Shown piece by piece: positions 1 through 10,558 of a stretch of DNA of 64,000 nt. Below the pieces are notes generated by a model. It had not been told where the DNA came from, made no database searches, and saw nothing but the letters and a program-made list of their open reading frames with translations. Position 1 is the stretch's first letter. Each line of letters opens with the position of its first letter. A program made the translations under genes and the position numbers. Origin of the DNA: Candidatus Latescibacterota bacterium (GTDB lineage: Bacteria; Latescibacterota; UBA2968); the NCBI GenBank assembly GCA_965198115.1, contig OZ240241.1:5344001-5408000 (forward strand). The letters are read 5' to 3'.

Positions 1-1446
1 TCCGCTCATTCATTCCGCCAGATCGACGAAATCCGTGAGGTTGTCCGTCTTCGAAAAGAGATGACCGAAGATGGACTGGCAGAAAATGCCGTCAATCGCG
101 CCTTCTCCACGCTTCGACTGTTCAAGCGGTTCTGTGACTCACGCGAAGTAGACGAAATCATCGCCGCCGCAACGAGTGCCGTCCGTGAGGCTGCTAACGG
201 TTCTACCTTCATCGAATCCGTAAAACGCGATGTGGGTCTCACGGTCCAAATCCTTTCTGGTGAACGCGAAGCCTACTACGGGGTGCTCGGCGTCCTGAAC
301 GAGGTATTCATCGAAGATGGCTTCGTGTTGGACATCGGCGGCGGCAGCGCTCAGGTCAGCGAGGTACGCGATCGACGATACGTGAGCGGCGACTCTCTTA
401 CGTTGGGTGCGTTGGCGCTGTCTGAGCGCTTCGTAACATCCGATCCGATCTCGGACTCGAGTTACGAAGCCATGGAGAAGGAAATTCGCAGTCAGATCTC
501 GACGGTCGCGAAGAGGAAGGGAAGGGTCCCGATTGTGGGTCTTGGAGGAACCATCCGAAACCTTGCAGCCATCGAGGCAGAAAGGTCGGGTTACCCGCTC
601 AACACGTTACACGGCTTCTCACTGACCAGAAAAGAACTGGTCAAGACCATTCGTCAGCTTCGAAGCAAGCCACTGAGCAAGCGTCAACGAATCCCGGGTC
701 TGAACCAGGACCGGGCGGATATCATCTTGCCGGGCGCCATGGTCGCACGAGAGGTTATGGATCGGCTCGACGTGAAGCAGATGGGCGTCTCCGAGGGCGG
801 GCTTCGGGAGGGGCTATTCTACGAGCTTTTCCTGGCCGGTCAGTCAGAGCCGATCATCCCCGACATCCGTGCATTCAGCGTGCTCAACCTGGCTCGTAAC
901 TACGGCGTTGATCTGACCCACGCCGAACAAGTGAGGCACCTCGCCGGACGTCTGTTCGAGCAGACGATCCCGCTTCACGGCTACGGAAGCGAAGAGCGAA
1001 ACCTGCTCGATGCGGCCGCGATCCTTCACGACCTTGGCATGATCATCGGCTATGCCGCGCATCACAGGCATTCACAAACGTTGATCGAGCACAGTGGGCT
1101 GCCCGGCTTCACCCCACGCGAAGCGGCCCTCGTCGCGCTCGTCGCTCGGTATCATCGGAAGGGAAAACCCGAGACGTCGGACTACGATCAATTGTTGGGA
1201 CGAGGAGATGGGAAACGGCTCGCTTGCCTGGCAGCGATCCTTCGTACAGCGGAATACCTCGAGAGAGGCAGGAACGGGATCGTGTCCGACGTCGAAGTGA
1301 TGTGGGACCAGAAGCACCTCCGTGTCGCCCTTGTCGCTGAATCTTACCCTTTGGTGGAGATCTGGCAGGCGGAGCAGCACGCCGCGTCTCTACTGGAATC
1401 CGTGTTCGACCTCAGAGTCCTTTTCTCGAATACAGCGACCCAGTGA
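1..1446 (+). CDS. ppx: Ppx/GppA exopolyphosphatase with HD domain (5' end outside window)
   Basis: Motifs ATSAVREAAN, GEREA, DIGGGS, GGTIRNLA, GLREG and a C-terminal AAILHDLG HD domain; frame is open from base 1. Confidence 0.93.
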   Translation, partial: SAHSFRQIDEIREVVRLRKEMTEDGLAENAVNRAFSTLRLFKRFCDSREVDEIIAAATSAVREAANGSTFIESVKRDVGLTVQILSGEREAYYGVLGVLNEVFIEDGFVLDIGGGSAQVSEVRDRRYVSGDSLTLGALALSERFVTSDPISDSSYEAMEKEIRSQISTVAKRKGRVPIVGLGGTIRNLAAIEAERSGYPLNTLHGFSLTRKELVKTIRQLRSKPLSKRQRIPGLNQDRADIILPGAMVAREVMDRLDVKQMGVSEGGLREGLFYELFLAGQSEPIIPDIRAFSVLNLARNYGVDLTHAEQVRHLAGRLFEQTIPLHGYGSEERNLLDAAAILHDLGMIIGYAAHHRHSQTLIEHSGLPGFTPREAALVALVARYHRKGKPETSDYDQLLGRGDGKRLACLAAILRTAEYLERGRNGIVSDVEVMWDQKHLRVALVAESYPLVEIWQAEQHAASLLESVFDLRVLFSNTATQ

Positions 1447-1596
1447 CGTGAACCTGACCTATCGATCCCCCAAGACCGAGGTCCGACCGAGTCAAGGGGT
1501 GTCACATTCTCACCAGGACTCAATGGGCTGCTTTCGTTTTCTTCGTGCCTTGGTGTCTTCTTGATTCAAGCCTTTCCGACTGAGAAGGAGCATGCA

Positions 1597-3204
1597 ATGC
1601 CAGACCACCGACCCGACATCATCGTCATCATGGTCGATGACATGGGCTACTCCGATCTTGGCTGCTATGGTGGCGAGATCGAGACACCAAACATCGACGC
1701 GCTTGCAGCCAACGGTGTTCGCTTCACCCAGTTCTACAACTGTGCCCGATGCTGCCCGACGAGAGCGTCGTTGCTAACGGGACTATATCCACACAGAGCT
1801 GGCATCGGCCACATGACGCACCAGACCCAGGACGCGATGAACCAGAGAAGGGCCGTTGCGCGTGGCCCTTACCAGGGCTATCTGAGCAACAACACCGTGA
1901 CGATCGCAGAAACCCTGCGGACCTCCGGCTACCAGACGTTCATGTCGGGCAAGTGGCACGTCGGCTCCTTCCGCCCGAACTGGCCGAAGGACCGCGGGTT
2001 CGATCGCTACTACGGAATCCTCGGCGGCGCCTGTAACTACTGGGCTCCCGAACCCAGTCGCGGGCTGCTGGATGAGGATGAACCTGTCATCGATCTAGCG
2101 GACGACTATTACACGACCGACGCCTTCTCTCAGCGGGCAGTCGAATACGTCGAAGGCGCTGATCCCGAAAGGCCTTACTTCCTCCATTTGATGTACAATG
2201 CCCCGCACTGGCCGCTCCACGCATGGCCGGAGGACATCTCGAAATACAAGGGCAAATACAAGATTGGTTGGGACGAGATCCGCGAACGTAGAGTGGCCAA
2301 ACAGAAGGAGATCGGGCTGTTTCCCGATGATCTCCCGCTCTCGCCAAGAGATTCGGAATGTCCACCGTGGGACCAGATCGACCGCGTTCCGGATATGCAG
2401 GGCAAGACCTACACCGAAGACGAGTGGGATCACCGAATGGCTGTGTACGCAGCAATGATCGACCGTGTCGACCAGGGCATTGGCAAGCTGCTCGACAAGA
2501 TTCGCGAGAAGCGCGACCTCGACAACACGGTCATCATGTTCCTGGCCGACAACGGCGCGTGCGCCGAATCCCACGATCCCGTCCCCGACATCCTGGCCGG
2601 CCCAAAGGAATCCGACACCGCCTGCTTCCTCCCCTGGGCGAACGCGTCGAACACGCCGTTCCGTCTGTTCAAACACTGGCTCCACGAGGGCGGATCCGCG
2701 ACACCCTTCATCTTCCACTGGCCGAAAGGTGTAAAGCAGAATCACATCGAGAAAGACTACTACGCGCACGTCAAAGACGTTATGCCCACGTGCCTCGATC
2801 TCGCCGGTGCGACCTACCCGCTACAACACCGCGGCTATCCCGTCCAGTCGATCGACGGCCGTTCCCTGATGCCCAACCTGAACGGAGAAGTCAGCGAAAA
2901 CACCGAAACGCTTTATCTCGAGCACGAAGGCAACAGGGCCGTCCGCCGCGGAAAGTGGAAGTTGGTCTCCTACTACAGCGAACCCAGAGGATTCACGGAT
3001 GGCCCCGTGGGCAAGGGCGATCGGACCGGCCCGTGGGAGCTCTACGACATGGAAGTCGACCGCGTCGAGCTCAACGACCTGTCCGACAAGGAAATGAGAA
3101 TCAAGGAGGAACTAATCGAGGCCTACGGCGCATTCTCCGAGAGGACCGGCGTATCCGACTGGCAGGAAATCCAGCGGGATCTGGAGAGGTATTACGCGGA
3201 GTAG
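1597..3204 (+). CDS. Arylsulfatase (formylglycine-dependent sulfatase)
   Basis: DDMG, CCPTRASLLTG (CxPxR), GKWH, DNG; AAGGAG RBS before ATG 1597. Confidence 0.93.
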   Translation: MPDHRPDIIVIMVDDMGYSDLGCYGGEIETPNIDALAANGVRFTQFYNCARCCPTRASLLTGLYPHRAGIGHMTHQTQDAMNQRRAVARGPYQGYLSNNTVTIAETLRTSGYQTFMSGKWHVGSFRPNWPKDRGFDRYYGILGGACNYWAPEPSRGLLDEDEPVIDLADDYYTTDAFSQRAVEYVEGADPERPYFLHLMYNAPHWPLHAWPEDISKYKGKYKIGWDEIRERRVAKQKEIGLFPDDLPLSPRDSECPPWDQIDRVPDMQGKTYTEDEWDHRMAVYAAMIDRVDQGIGKLLDKIREKRDLDNTVIMFLADNGACAESHDPVPDILAGPKESDTACFLPWANASNTPFRLFKHWLHEGGSATPFIFHWPKGVKQNHIEKDYYAHVKDVMPTCLDLAGATYPLQHRGYPVQSIDGRSLMPNLNGEVSENTETLYLEHEGNRAVRRGKWKLVSYYSEPRGFTDGPVGKGDRTGPWELYDMEVDRVELNDLSDKEMRIKEELIEAYGAFSERTGVSDWQEIQRDLERYYAE

Positions 3205-3346
3205 AGAAAAGCACTCATCGAGAGAAACCTTGTCACCCCGGTACGCTTCTTGGCCGGGCAAATTGCCCCGCACACAACCGACTGCCCACTGCCTACTATC
3301 AGGGCGGCGCAGCCCACTCGATCGTCAACCGTCCCCAGTCCACCGT

Positions 3347-4858
3347 CTACTGCACAGGCATCATATCCCATGCATCCAAGGTCCGCACCACCGCCTCTCC
3401 GCCCTTCGCAAACAGGGCCACACCAAGACTGTCTTCTCGCATCGGGTAGATCCGCTGCGTCACACACTGCCGGTCATTCGCGAAAACCTCCAACACCGAC
3501 CGGTCGAGAAAGATTCGCAGCCTCAGCCGCTCATTGTCAGCCAACCTGAACGGCGCTTCCTGCGAGTCCGTCACCAGAGCGCCATCCCGCTGACCTGACG
3601 CAGAATACGTCACGTCCTCATCCAGGGTAGATCGCGCAAGGTCAATTCTCAGACATTCATTCGCCGTTTGACATTCGATCACCGTCTTTTCTTCTCCGTC
3701 CGGCGAACACCTTACCTTGACACCGTACGAAGTCGCCCCACGACCTTCGATCTCCACCAACAGCTCCAGACAGTCTCCCCAGACGTCATTGATCGTCGCC
3801 TCCGAATCTGGGAACAACCGGATGTCCTCGAGATGGCGATGGTTGGCACGCAACGTCTCGAGCTCCACGGCTGGCTCGATCCGCAGACTTCCGTCTTCGA
3901 ACAACGAAAGAACGCGCGGAAGCGTCATTACCGACGCCCACCCGTGCCCTTCCCACAGTCGTGCTTCCCGAATCCAACCGAAAAAGATGCGTCGTCCCTT
4001 GCCATCTAACAACGTCTCGGGTCCTGACAGCTGACCTCCAGGCCAGTTCATCCTCCCGTGCATTTCAGGGTAAAATCGATCTCCCTCGTAACGTCCAAGG
4101 TAGTAGTGCGCGATCCCCGCATAGGGACGATGGCCGTGCATCAACAGCATATGTCGGTCACCCATCGGGAAGAAGTCCGGACACGCACAGTCTTCGACTT
4201 CGGACGTCCACTCTCGCGACGACTTGTAGAAAGGACCTCGGTATTCCCAGTTCTCGAGATCGTCCGATGTGAACAGACTCGTTGCGTCACCTTCGTATCC
4301 TGGATGGGTGTTCTTGTTCCCGATCAGAGCATAGTAGACGCCGTTGTCATACCAGGCGCACGGATCGAAAACACGGTACTCCTGCCCCTCAACTTCGGGG
4401 ATGACCGGGTTCGACGACGACGGCGTCCAGTGAATGAGCTCGTCATCCTCGCAGGTCGAGATGCAAGTGCCCTGCTCGGGAACGTGATAGATCATCGTGG
4501 GAACGGGTGCGTTCTCAATCGCGTCCCCACTGTAGATGCCCCTCGGCGTGGATCCGTCAAACGCAGGCTCGATCGCCGGGGGATGGTGAACCCAGTGCAC
4601 TAAATCGCTGCTCGACGAATGCTCCAGCACCGGCAGCCAATCTTCCTCCGGATCCTCGACAGGTTCAGGCGAAGGCGCACGACCCAAGTAAAAGACGTGA
4701 TACCGTCCCTTCCAATACATCGTCCCGTTAGCGTCGTTCCAAAATCCGTCCAGAGGAATGAGATGGTATCGCGGACGGTGTGGATCTTCCCTCATACGCC
4801 TACGCAATTCGCGAGCGCTACGAATCAGCGGGTCGAACTCGCTGCTTGGCGTGTTCAC
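3347..4858 (-). CDS. Glycoside hydrolase family 32 (beta-fructofuranosidase-like)
   Basis: WNDANG nucleophile motif, YSG, FDP, CPDFF, and C-terminal DRSVLEVF...TQRIYP beta-sandwich. Confidence 0.88.
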   Translation of the reverse strand: MNTPSSEFDPLIRSARELRRRMREDPHRPRYHLIPLDGFWNDANGTMYWKGRYHVFYLGRAPSPEPVEDPEEDWLPVLEHSSSSDLVHWVHHPPAIEPAFDGSTPRGIYSGDAIENAPVPTMIYHVPEQGTCISTCEDDELIHWTPSSSNPVIPEVEGQEYRVFDPCAWYDNGVYYALIGNKNTHPGYEGDATSLFTSDDLENWEYRGPFYKSSREWTSEVEDCACPDFFPMGDRHMLLMHGHRPYAGIAHYYLGRYEGDRFYPEMHGRMNWPGGQLSGPETLLDGKGRRIFFGWIREARLWEGHGWASVMTLPRVLSLFEDGSLRIEPAVELETLRANHRHLEDIRLFPDSEATINDVWGDCLELLVEIEGRGATSYGVKVRCSPDGEEKTVIECQTANECLRIDLARSTLDEDVTYSASGQRDGALVTDSQEAPFRLADNERLRLRIFLDRSVLEVFANDRQCVTQRIYPMREDSLGVALFAKGGEAVVRTLDAWDMMPVQ

Positions 4859-5836
4859 GCTTCGTTTCCTTGAGTTGCTGTCAACCAGGACAGGAAGTGG
4901 AGGAACCACTCGCGGTGCCTCCGTAGGCCTTCACAGGGTCACTTCGAGCGAGAGTCGAGAAGTCCCTTTTTTGCCTACGGCAGATAGTCCGTCCCCGTGC
5001 GGTCCTGAGCGGAGTCGAAGGGACGGGGACCAGCGTTCGTGATCCCGGATGTCGCGGCCCGATTGAAGTGGTTCGGATAAGACCGGGCCCAGTTAATGAC
5101 ATCACGCGCATGCTTGCCCCTGCGATGCCTCTAAATAAATGCAAAACTGTAAACCTTCGCCCGCTCCAGAAAGAACCTCAGTTTCACTGGCCCCCGTTCA
5201 CCCGGGCCATCCGATACTTCTCGACAAGATCGTCTTAGAGGACGGTGCCATAGAGGTGAATTGCGTCGGCTCATTCCCTGCCCGCCGTACTCCCACGGCT
5301 TGTCCTCGTCGTGCTCCATTACGAATCGAACTTTTTCCCCCTGCTGAACCTCACGTTCGATCCCACTCTCAGACTCGATCAGGACTCATCGAGCAACAAC
5401 AGACTTTCATCGGCAGGGGGGTCAGATAGATCATGCACTCATTCTCACGTAAGTCTCACCACCGTTTTTTTTCGATAGCGAGATTAGACTTGGATCTCTA
5501 AAATAAGCTCCGGATCCGTTTGAGGATTCCCTGTCCGATCCCATTGTCGAGTAGGAATTGACAGATCATTCCAGAGGATCAACATTCCGAGGGAAGAGGG
5601 GGAGAGCCATTCGCCCCGTTCTCATGGCTTCCCCCCTTCAGGCGGAAACTGCCCGACGATAAAATGCGCCGAGCGGATCTTGCGGCCCAAACCGCGACCG
5701 GTCGCCGAGGGTGTCCGCGTTCTGTCCCCGGTATGAGGAACGCCCTCAGCCATCAACTATGTACGTAGTGTCGAACTTCCGTTGCAGCAGGCCATTCATT
5801 AGCCACGTGCTCTTGGACTCGAACGACTCATCGGAA

Positions 5837-6586
5837 ATGATTACTCTCAGACGCCTTCTCAAATATCAAGATATCTCCAGCTTAGATGCCAATGATCCAA
5901 GGACAACGGAGGTCCATAGAGCGATCATACATGAAAAGCCATTGCTGAAGGATGTTTACGAGAGCTACTACGATGAGTTCATCAGCGCTTCAGAGAAGAT
6001 ACCTCCGGGTGCAATTGTGGAGTTGGGTTCTGGAGGTGGTTTTCTCAAGGACATCACGCCGCGCGTCATCACAAGCGACGTTCTGGTCGTGAACCACGTC
6101 GACTTGGTAACATCCGCGGAGTTACTGCCGTTCGAAAGCTCCTCCATCTCGGCACTCTTTCTCCTTAACGTGTTCCACCATATTAAGGATCCACATGCGT
6201 TTCTGAGCGAAGTGGAGCGAGTTCTGAAACCAGGGGGGCGTCTTCTGATGATCGAACCCGCTCCAACTCCCTGGTCCCGGATAGTCCGATGGGCCATCCA
6301 ACACGAACCGTCCGACAGGTCGGCAGGATGGAAGATCGACGGGCCGCAACCCGTATCTGACAGTAATACTGCCCTTCCCTGGATTGTGTTCATCCGAAAC
6401 CGGCACAAGTTCGAAAGAGAGTTTCCCCACCTTTCTGTTCTTCGACACGTGCCTCATACGCCGTTTCGTTTCCTGCTTTCTGGAGGTATCTCTTACAAGT
6501 CTCCGGTACCTACATTCCTGCTCCCATTATTGAGATCTATCGAGTCCCTCGTGTCGCCTTTAGGAACCTCCTCGGCATGCACGTGA
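5837..6586 (+). CDS. Class I SAM-dependent methyltransferase; probable frameshift near the 3' end
   Basis: VELGSGGG motif I, VFHH, RVLKPGG; a plausible terminal strand LGMHVTIEALK lies in another frame near 6570. Confidence 0.8.
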   Translation: MITLRRLLKYQDISSLDANDPRTTEVHRAIIHEKPLLKDVYESYYDEFISASEKIPPGAIVELGSGGGFLKDITPRVITSDVLVVNHVDLVTSAELLPFESSSISALFLLNVFHHIKDPHAFLSEVERVLKPGGRLLMIEPAPTPWSRIVRWAIQHEPSDRSAGWKIDGPQPVSDSNTALPWIVFIRNRHKFEREFPHLSVLRHVPHTPFRFLLSGGISYKSPVPTFLLPLLRSIESLVSPLGTSSACT

Positions 6587-6664
6587 CTATCGAGGCTTTG
6601 AAAGCCGACCGACAATGTTCCATAGGGGGAAGTATTGACGGAGGATAGCAATGAGGAGCCGGGA

Positions 6665-8011
6665 ATGAACGTCGTTTTCCTCTTCTCCGACGAACACAGC
6701 GCCTCCGCGATGGGCAACAGCGGTCATCCTGCTGTCCGCACGCCCAACCTCGACCGACTCGCAGAACAGGGCACCGTCTTCGACAACGCCTACTGCGCCA
6801 ATCCCATTTGCACGCCGTCGCGACTGTCGATGTTGACGGGCCGGTATTGCCACGAAATCGAGGCCTGGGACCTGGGGACCCTCGCCGACCCCGAACGCCA
6901 TAGCACGTGGGGGCATCATCTCGCGGATTACGAAACGGTGCTGTGCGGGCGTACGCACTTCAACGGGCACGACCGCAGGATGGGCTTTTCTTCTCGTCTC
7001 CTCGACGACCTGCCCTCTTGGAACAACACGAAAGGCTCTCCGCCAAGCCGAGGACCTGACGCCAGACGCGGATCCAATTCGCACGTCGCCGAATGCGGGC
7101 CGGGTTACCACCCATACAGCAGCTACGACACGCTTGCTACGGACCTCGCTGTGGAATATCTCAACGGAAAGCAGTCCTCGACCGACGCCCCTCCGTTTCT
7201 TCTCTATTGCGGCTTCATGCTCCCGCACTTCCCGCTCATTGCCCATCCCGAATACTACGACCTCTACGATCCCGACACCCTCACGCTGCCAGAATCTTGG
7301 AACGAGCCGCTCGAACAGCAACATCCGGTCATTCAGCACCATCGTTGGTCCTGGAGAAACGACATCCCGCCGCCGGAAGAGGTCGTGCGCTGTGCGACGG
7401 CTTCTTACTATGCGCTCATCACCTATCTGGACGAGCAGACAGGTCGCATCCTGGACACGATCGACAATTCATCTCTCCGCGAAGATACCGTCGTCATCTA
7501 CACCAGCGATCACGGCGAGATGGCCGGTCACCACGGTATCTGGCAGAAGCAGTGTTTCTACGAGGAAGCCGTGCGTGTACCTCTGATCATCCGTCATCCC
7601 TCGGGCAGTAAGCGACGGGTCATCCAGAATGTCAGCCTCGTCGACGTCCTGCCCACCCTCCTCGACATTTCGGGCCGGAACGTACCACCCGATCTTTCCG
7701 GACGCAGCCTGCTCGACATCGCGGATACCGAGTCGGAAGAAACCACGCGGACCGTCTTCTCGGAATACCATCATATGGGCATGCTCGACGCCGGCTTTAT
7801 GCTCAAGAAGGGCCATCACAAGCTTTGTCACTACGTCGGACATACGCCTCAACTGTTCGACGTCGAGTCTGACCCGCTCGAAAACAACGACCTCGCACCC
7901 GATCCCGAGCACGCCACGACACTCGCCGATATGGATAGAGCCTTACGCGAGCTGATCGACCCCGAGGCAGTCAACGAGCGGTGCAAGCAAAACCAGGCCG
8001 CACGGGCATAG
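6665..8011 (+). CDS. Sulfatase (choline-sulfatase-like)
   Basis: SDEH, CTPSR, PHFP, TSDHGEM, FYEEAVRVPL. Confidence 0.92.
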   Translation: MNVVFLFSDEHSASAMGNSGHPAVRTPNLDRLAEQGTVFDNAYCANPICTPSRLSMLTGRYCHEIEAWDLGTLADPERHSTWGHHLADYETVLCGRTHFNGHDRRMGFSSRLLDDLPSWNNTKGSPPSRGPDARRGSNSHVAECGPGYHPYSSYDTLATDLAVEYLNGKQSSTDAPPFLLYCGFMLPHFPLIAHPEYYDLYDPDTLTLPESWNEPLEQQHPVIQHHRWSWRNDIPPPEEVVRCATASYYALITYLDEQTGRILDTIDNSSLREDTVVIYTSDHGEMAGHHGIWQKQCFYEEAVRVPLIIRHPSGSKRRVIQNVSLVDVLPTLLDISGRNVPPDLSGRSLLDIADTESEETTRTVFSEYHHMGMLDAGFMLKKGHHKLCHYVGHTPQLFDVESDPLENNDLAPDPEHATTLADMDRALRELIDPEAVNERCKQNQAARA

Positions 8012-8018
8012 ACTGGAT

Positions 8019-8531
8019 ATGCTCGGACTCGACAGAGGCGAAATCAGAGTCGTCCCTTACACGGAATCGTGGGCCGAACTCTTCGAAACGGAAAGGCGGG
8101 AATTAGAAAATATTATCGGTCAGCACGTCCTCTCGATCGAACACGCCGGGAGCACGTCCGTTCCGGGTTTGTCCGCGAAGCCCATTCTGGACATCGCAAT
8201 CGCAGTGGAAGATTTCGAGGAAGCCCGCGTGACGATCGACCCCATCGTCGGGCTGGGCTACGAGTACCGCGGAGAGTACGGAATCCCGCGTCGTCACTAC
8301 TTCGTGAAGGGCCAGCCCACAACCTACCACATTCACATGAACGAAATCACGAGCCAGGACTGGAATAACCTGATCCTGTTCCGCGATTACCTCAGAGCGC
8401 ATCCCGACGTGGCTGCCGAATACGAATCCCTGAAGCAGTCACTCGTGAAAACGCAGGGAAAGGACCGCACGTGTTATCAGGACGGGAAGGCGCCGTTCAT
8501 CCAGCAGACGCTCGAGAGAGCACAATCTTAG
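8019..8531 (+). CDS. GrpB/UPF0157 family nucleotidyltransferase-like protein
   Basis: IEHAGSTSVPGLSAKPILDI, FRDYLR, Y..LK and Y..GK motifs. Confidence 0.9.
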   Translation: MLGLDRGEIRVVPYTESWAELFETERRELENIIGQHVLSIEHAGSTSVPGLSAKPILDIAIAVEDFEEARVTIDPIVGLGYEYRGEYGIPRRHYFVKGQPTTYHIHMNEITSQDWNNLILFRDYLRAHPDVAAEYESLKQSLVKTQGKDRTCYQDGKAPFIQQTLERAQS

Positions 8532-8554
8532 ATGTCGAAAGAGGGACACGAACA

Positions 8555-9556
8555 ATGAATCGACGGGATCTGGGAAGAACGGGGGAAACCGTCAGCGAAC
8601 TGGGCCTGGGCACGGCTTTCATGCGGCGAAGCCAGGACCAGGGCGGTGTGAATGACTGCGTGGCCCGCGCCATCGACCGTGGCGTTTGCTACTTCGACAC
8701 CGCCGCCGACTATGGCCAGGGCGAAGACGAGCGCGCACTGGGTGAAGCGCTACTTGGCCGAAGGGAGAAGGTTTTCCTCGCAACTAAGGTAGGAGGCGTG
8801 AAAGATGAGGGCGGGCACCGCAACGCCGATTCGCTGATGAGGCAGCACGAGGAGGGATTGAAGCGCTTACAAACCGACCACGTAGATCTGATTCAGATCC
8901 ACGAAAACGACCAGCGCAAGTGGTGGTCGGATGATCCCGTGCCCCGGGAAGTCGCCGTCTCCCACGGTGGGCCGCTGATTCTGGATGACGAAGACTACGA
9001 CTTCACCGACTCACCCTGCGTCGAGTTTCTGCATAGAGCGAAAGCGCAGGGATCGGCGCGCTACATCGGGATCACGGGCAAGGACGCACGTCGCCTCGAG
9101 CGGATCGTCGCTGCAATCGAGATCGACTCGATGATGATCGCCCATCAGTACAACCCGATCCTGCGCAACGCCGCTCGCTTCCTGCTCCCCACGACGGAAG
9201 AGAAGGGTGTCGGCGTAGCGGGCGGCGCGATGTTCCTAAAGGGCTGGCTCGCCGTCCCCCAGACTCAGTGGCGCGACGAACGTCCCGAATGGATGAACGA
9301 CGAGTTCTACGACGCCTACTTCGGCTACCTCGACATCCAGGCTGAATGCGGCATCCCGCTGCACGAACTGACTCTCCGCTGGCCCCTCGCCGAACCACGG
9401 ATGAAATGCATCGTCTGCGGCTTCAAGACCTTACCCGAAGTCGAAGCCAACATCGACGCTATTGAAAAGGGTCCGCTTCCAGAAGATCTGCAGCAGGCGA
9501 TTGACGTCATTGGCATAGTCCAACCGCTCTACTACCAGAATAGAACCGAACTGTAG
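8555..9556 (+). CDS. Aldo/keto reductase
   Basis: LGLGT, FDTAADYG, LATK, RLQTDHVDLIQIH. Confidence 0.9.
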   Translation: MNRRDLGRTGETVSELGLGTAFMRRSQDQGGVNDCVARAIDRGVCYFDTAADYGQGEDERALGEALLGRREKVFLATKVGGVKDEGGHRNADSLMRQHEEGLKRLQTDHVDLIQIHENDQRKWWSDDPVPREVAVSHGGPLILDDEDYDFTDSPCVEFLHRAKAQGSARYIGITGKDARRLERIVAAIEIDSMMIAHQYNPILRNAARFLLPTTEEKGVGVAGGAMFLKGWLAVPQTQWRDERPEWMNDEFYDAYFGYLDIQAECGIPLHELTLRWPLAEPRMKCIVCGFKTLPEVEANIDAIEKGPLPEDLQQAIDVIGIVQPLYYQNRTEL

Positions 9557-9652
9557 CCCGAGCAGGCGCACCGGAGAGCAGGCCTCGTAGTTCTGCTCTT
9601 CTCCGTGCTCTCCGTGGTAAGCTTTCTGTGTCTTCAGTGTGCTCTGTGGTTC

Positions 9653-10516
9653 CTAATCGACTTTCAACCGATACGAATACCGATTCATGATCTCGTGGTC
9701 CGAAGATCGTGATTTTTTCAGTGAATAGTCGCTCACCGGCAGGTGATAGTACGTCTCCGAGCTCGCACTGATGTACCCTTCCCCATACGGAACCCCGCCA
9801 CACTGACCGAATGCCCCGTCATTCGTCTCCAACCGTTTACGGGCGTAGGCCCCGCTGTAGCCCTGACTGACCAGACAATCCAGCGCCGCCAGTTTCTTCT
9901 CGATGACGTCCGTGATGTCGATGAAAACATCGTTGTAGTACCCTCCGTCCGCATCCCATAAGTTTGCGCGCACGGAAGCCGCTCCCGAACCGAAATAGAA
10001 GACCCGTGCCACGCGATTGGGCGGGTTCGGATCCTCTGGATCCACATTGCCTGCGTGAGCCAACGCGTGGCTCACGATCTGTCCGGTGGTAGCGTGCGCG
10101 TTGGTGATGCCGTCGGCCTCACGCGGGAAGTGAGTGAGAATGATATCCGGCCGTTTCTCGCGAAACACTTTCGCCAGACGCTTCACGGTCTCTGGCGTGA
10201 CAATGAGAACCGCATCATCCGCGCCGAAGAACGTAATGTCCTCCACACCCAGTATCCCGCACGCTTTGCGGACCTCCTCCACTTTGACGTCCGACCGCTC
10301 TTCCATGAGCTTCTGAAGCGCGTCGCCCGTCGGCACCTCGTCCTTGTGGAACATCTCCTCACTGACAACCGCATCGTGAACGCGTGCCCCGTGCGTGAGC
10401 ACGACACACCCGACATAGTCGCCACGCTCAACGTGATGCGCCATCGTCCCTCCCGACTGATCGAAAATGTCAGCCGGATGTGCCCCAATCGACATGATGC
10501 GAAGCGGTTCGGCCAC
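9653..10516 (-). CDS. PIG-L/LmbE family deacetylase-like protein
   Basis: SIGAHPAD, GGTMA, LTHG, RPDIILTH, DITDVIEKKLAAL. Confidence 0.8.
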   Translation of the reverse strand: MAEPLRIMSIGAHPADIFDQSGGTMAHHVERGDYVGCVVLTHGARVHDAVVSEEMFHKDEVPTGDALQKLMEERSDVKVEEVRKACGILGVEDITFFGADDAVLIVTPETVKRLAKVFREKRPDIILTHFPREADGITNAHATTGQIVSHALAHAGNVDPEDPNPPNRVARVFYFGSGAASVRANLWDADGGYYNDVFIDITDVIEKKLAALDCLVSQGYSGAYARKRLETNDGAFGQCGGVPYGEGYISASSETYYHLPVSDYSLKKSRSSDHEIMNRYSYRLKVD

Positions 10517-10558
10517 GACAGTCTCCTTTGCTGGTCTGAGCGGAGTCAAAAATACAGG

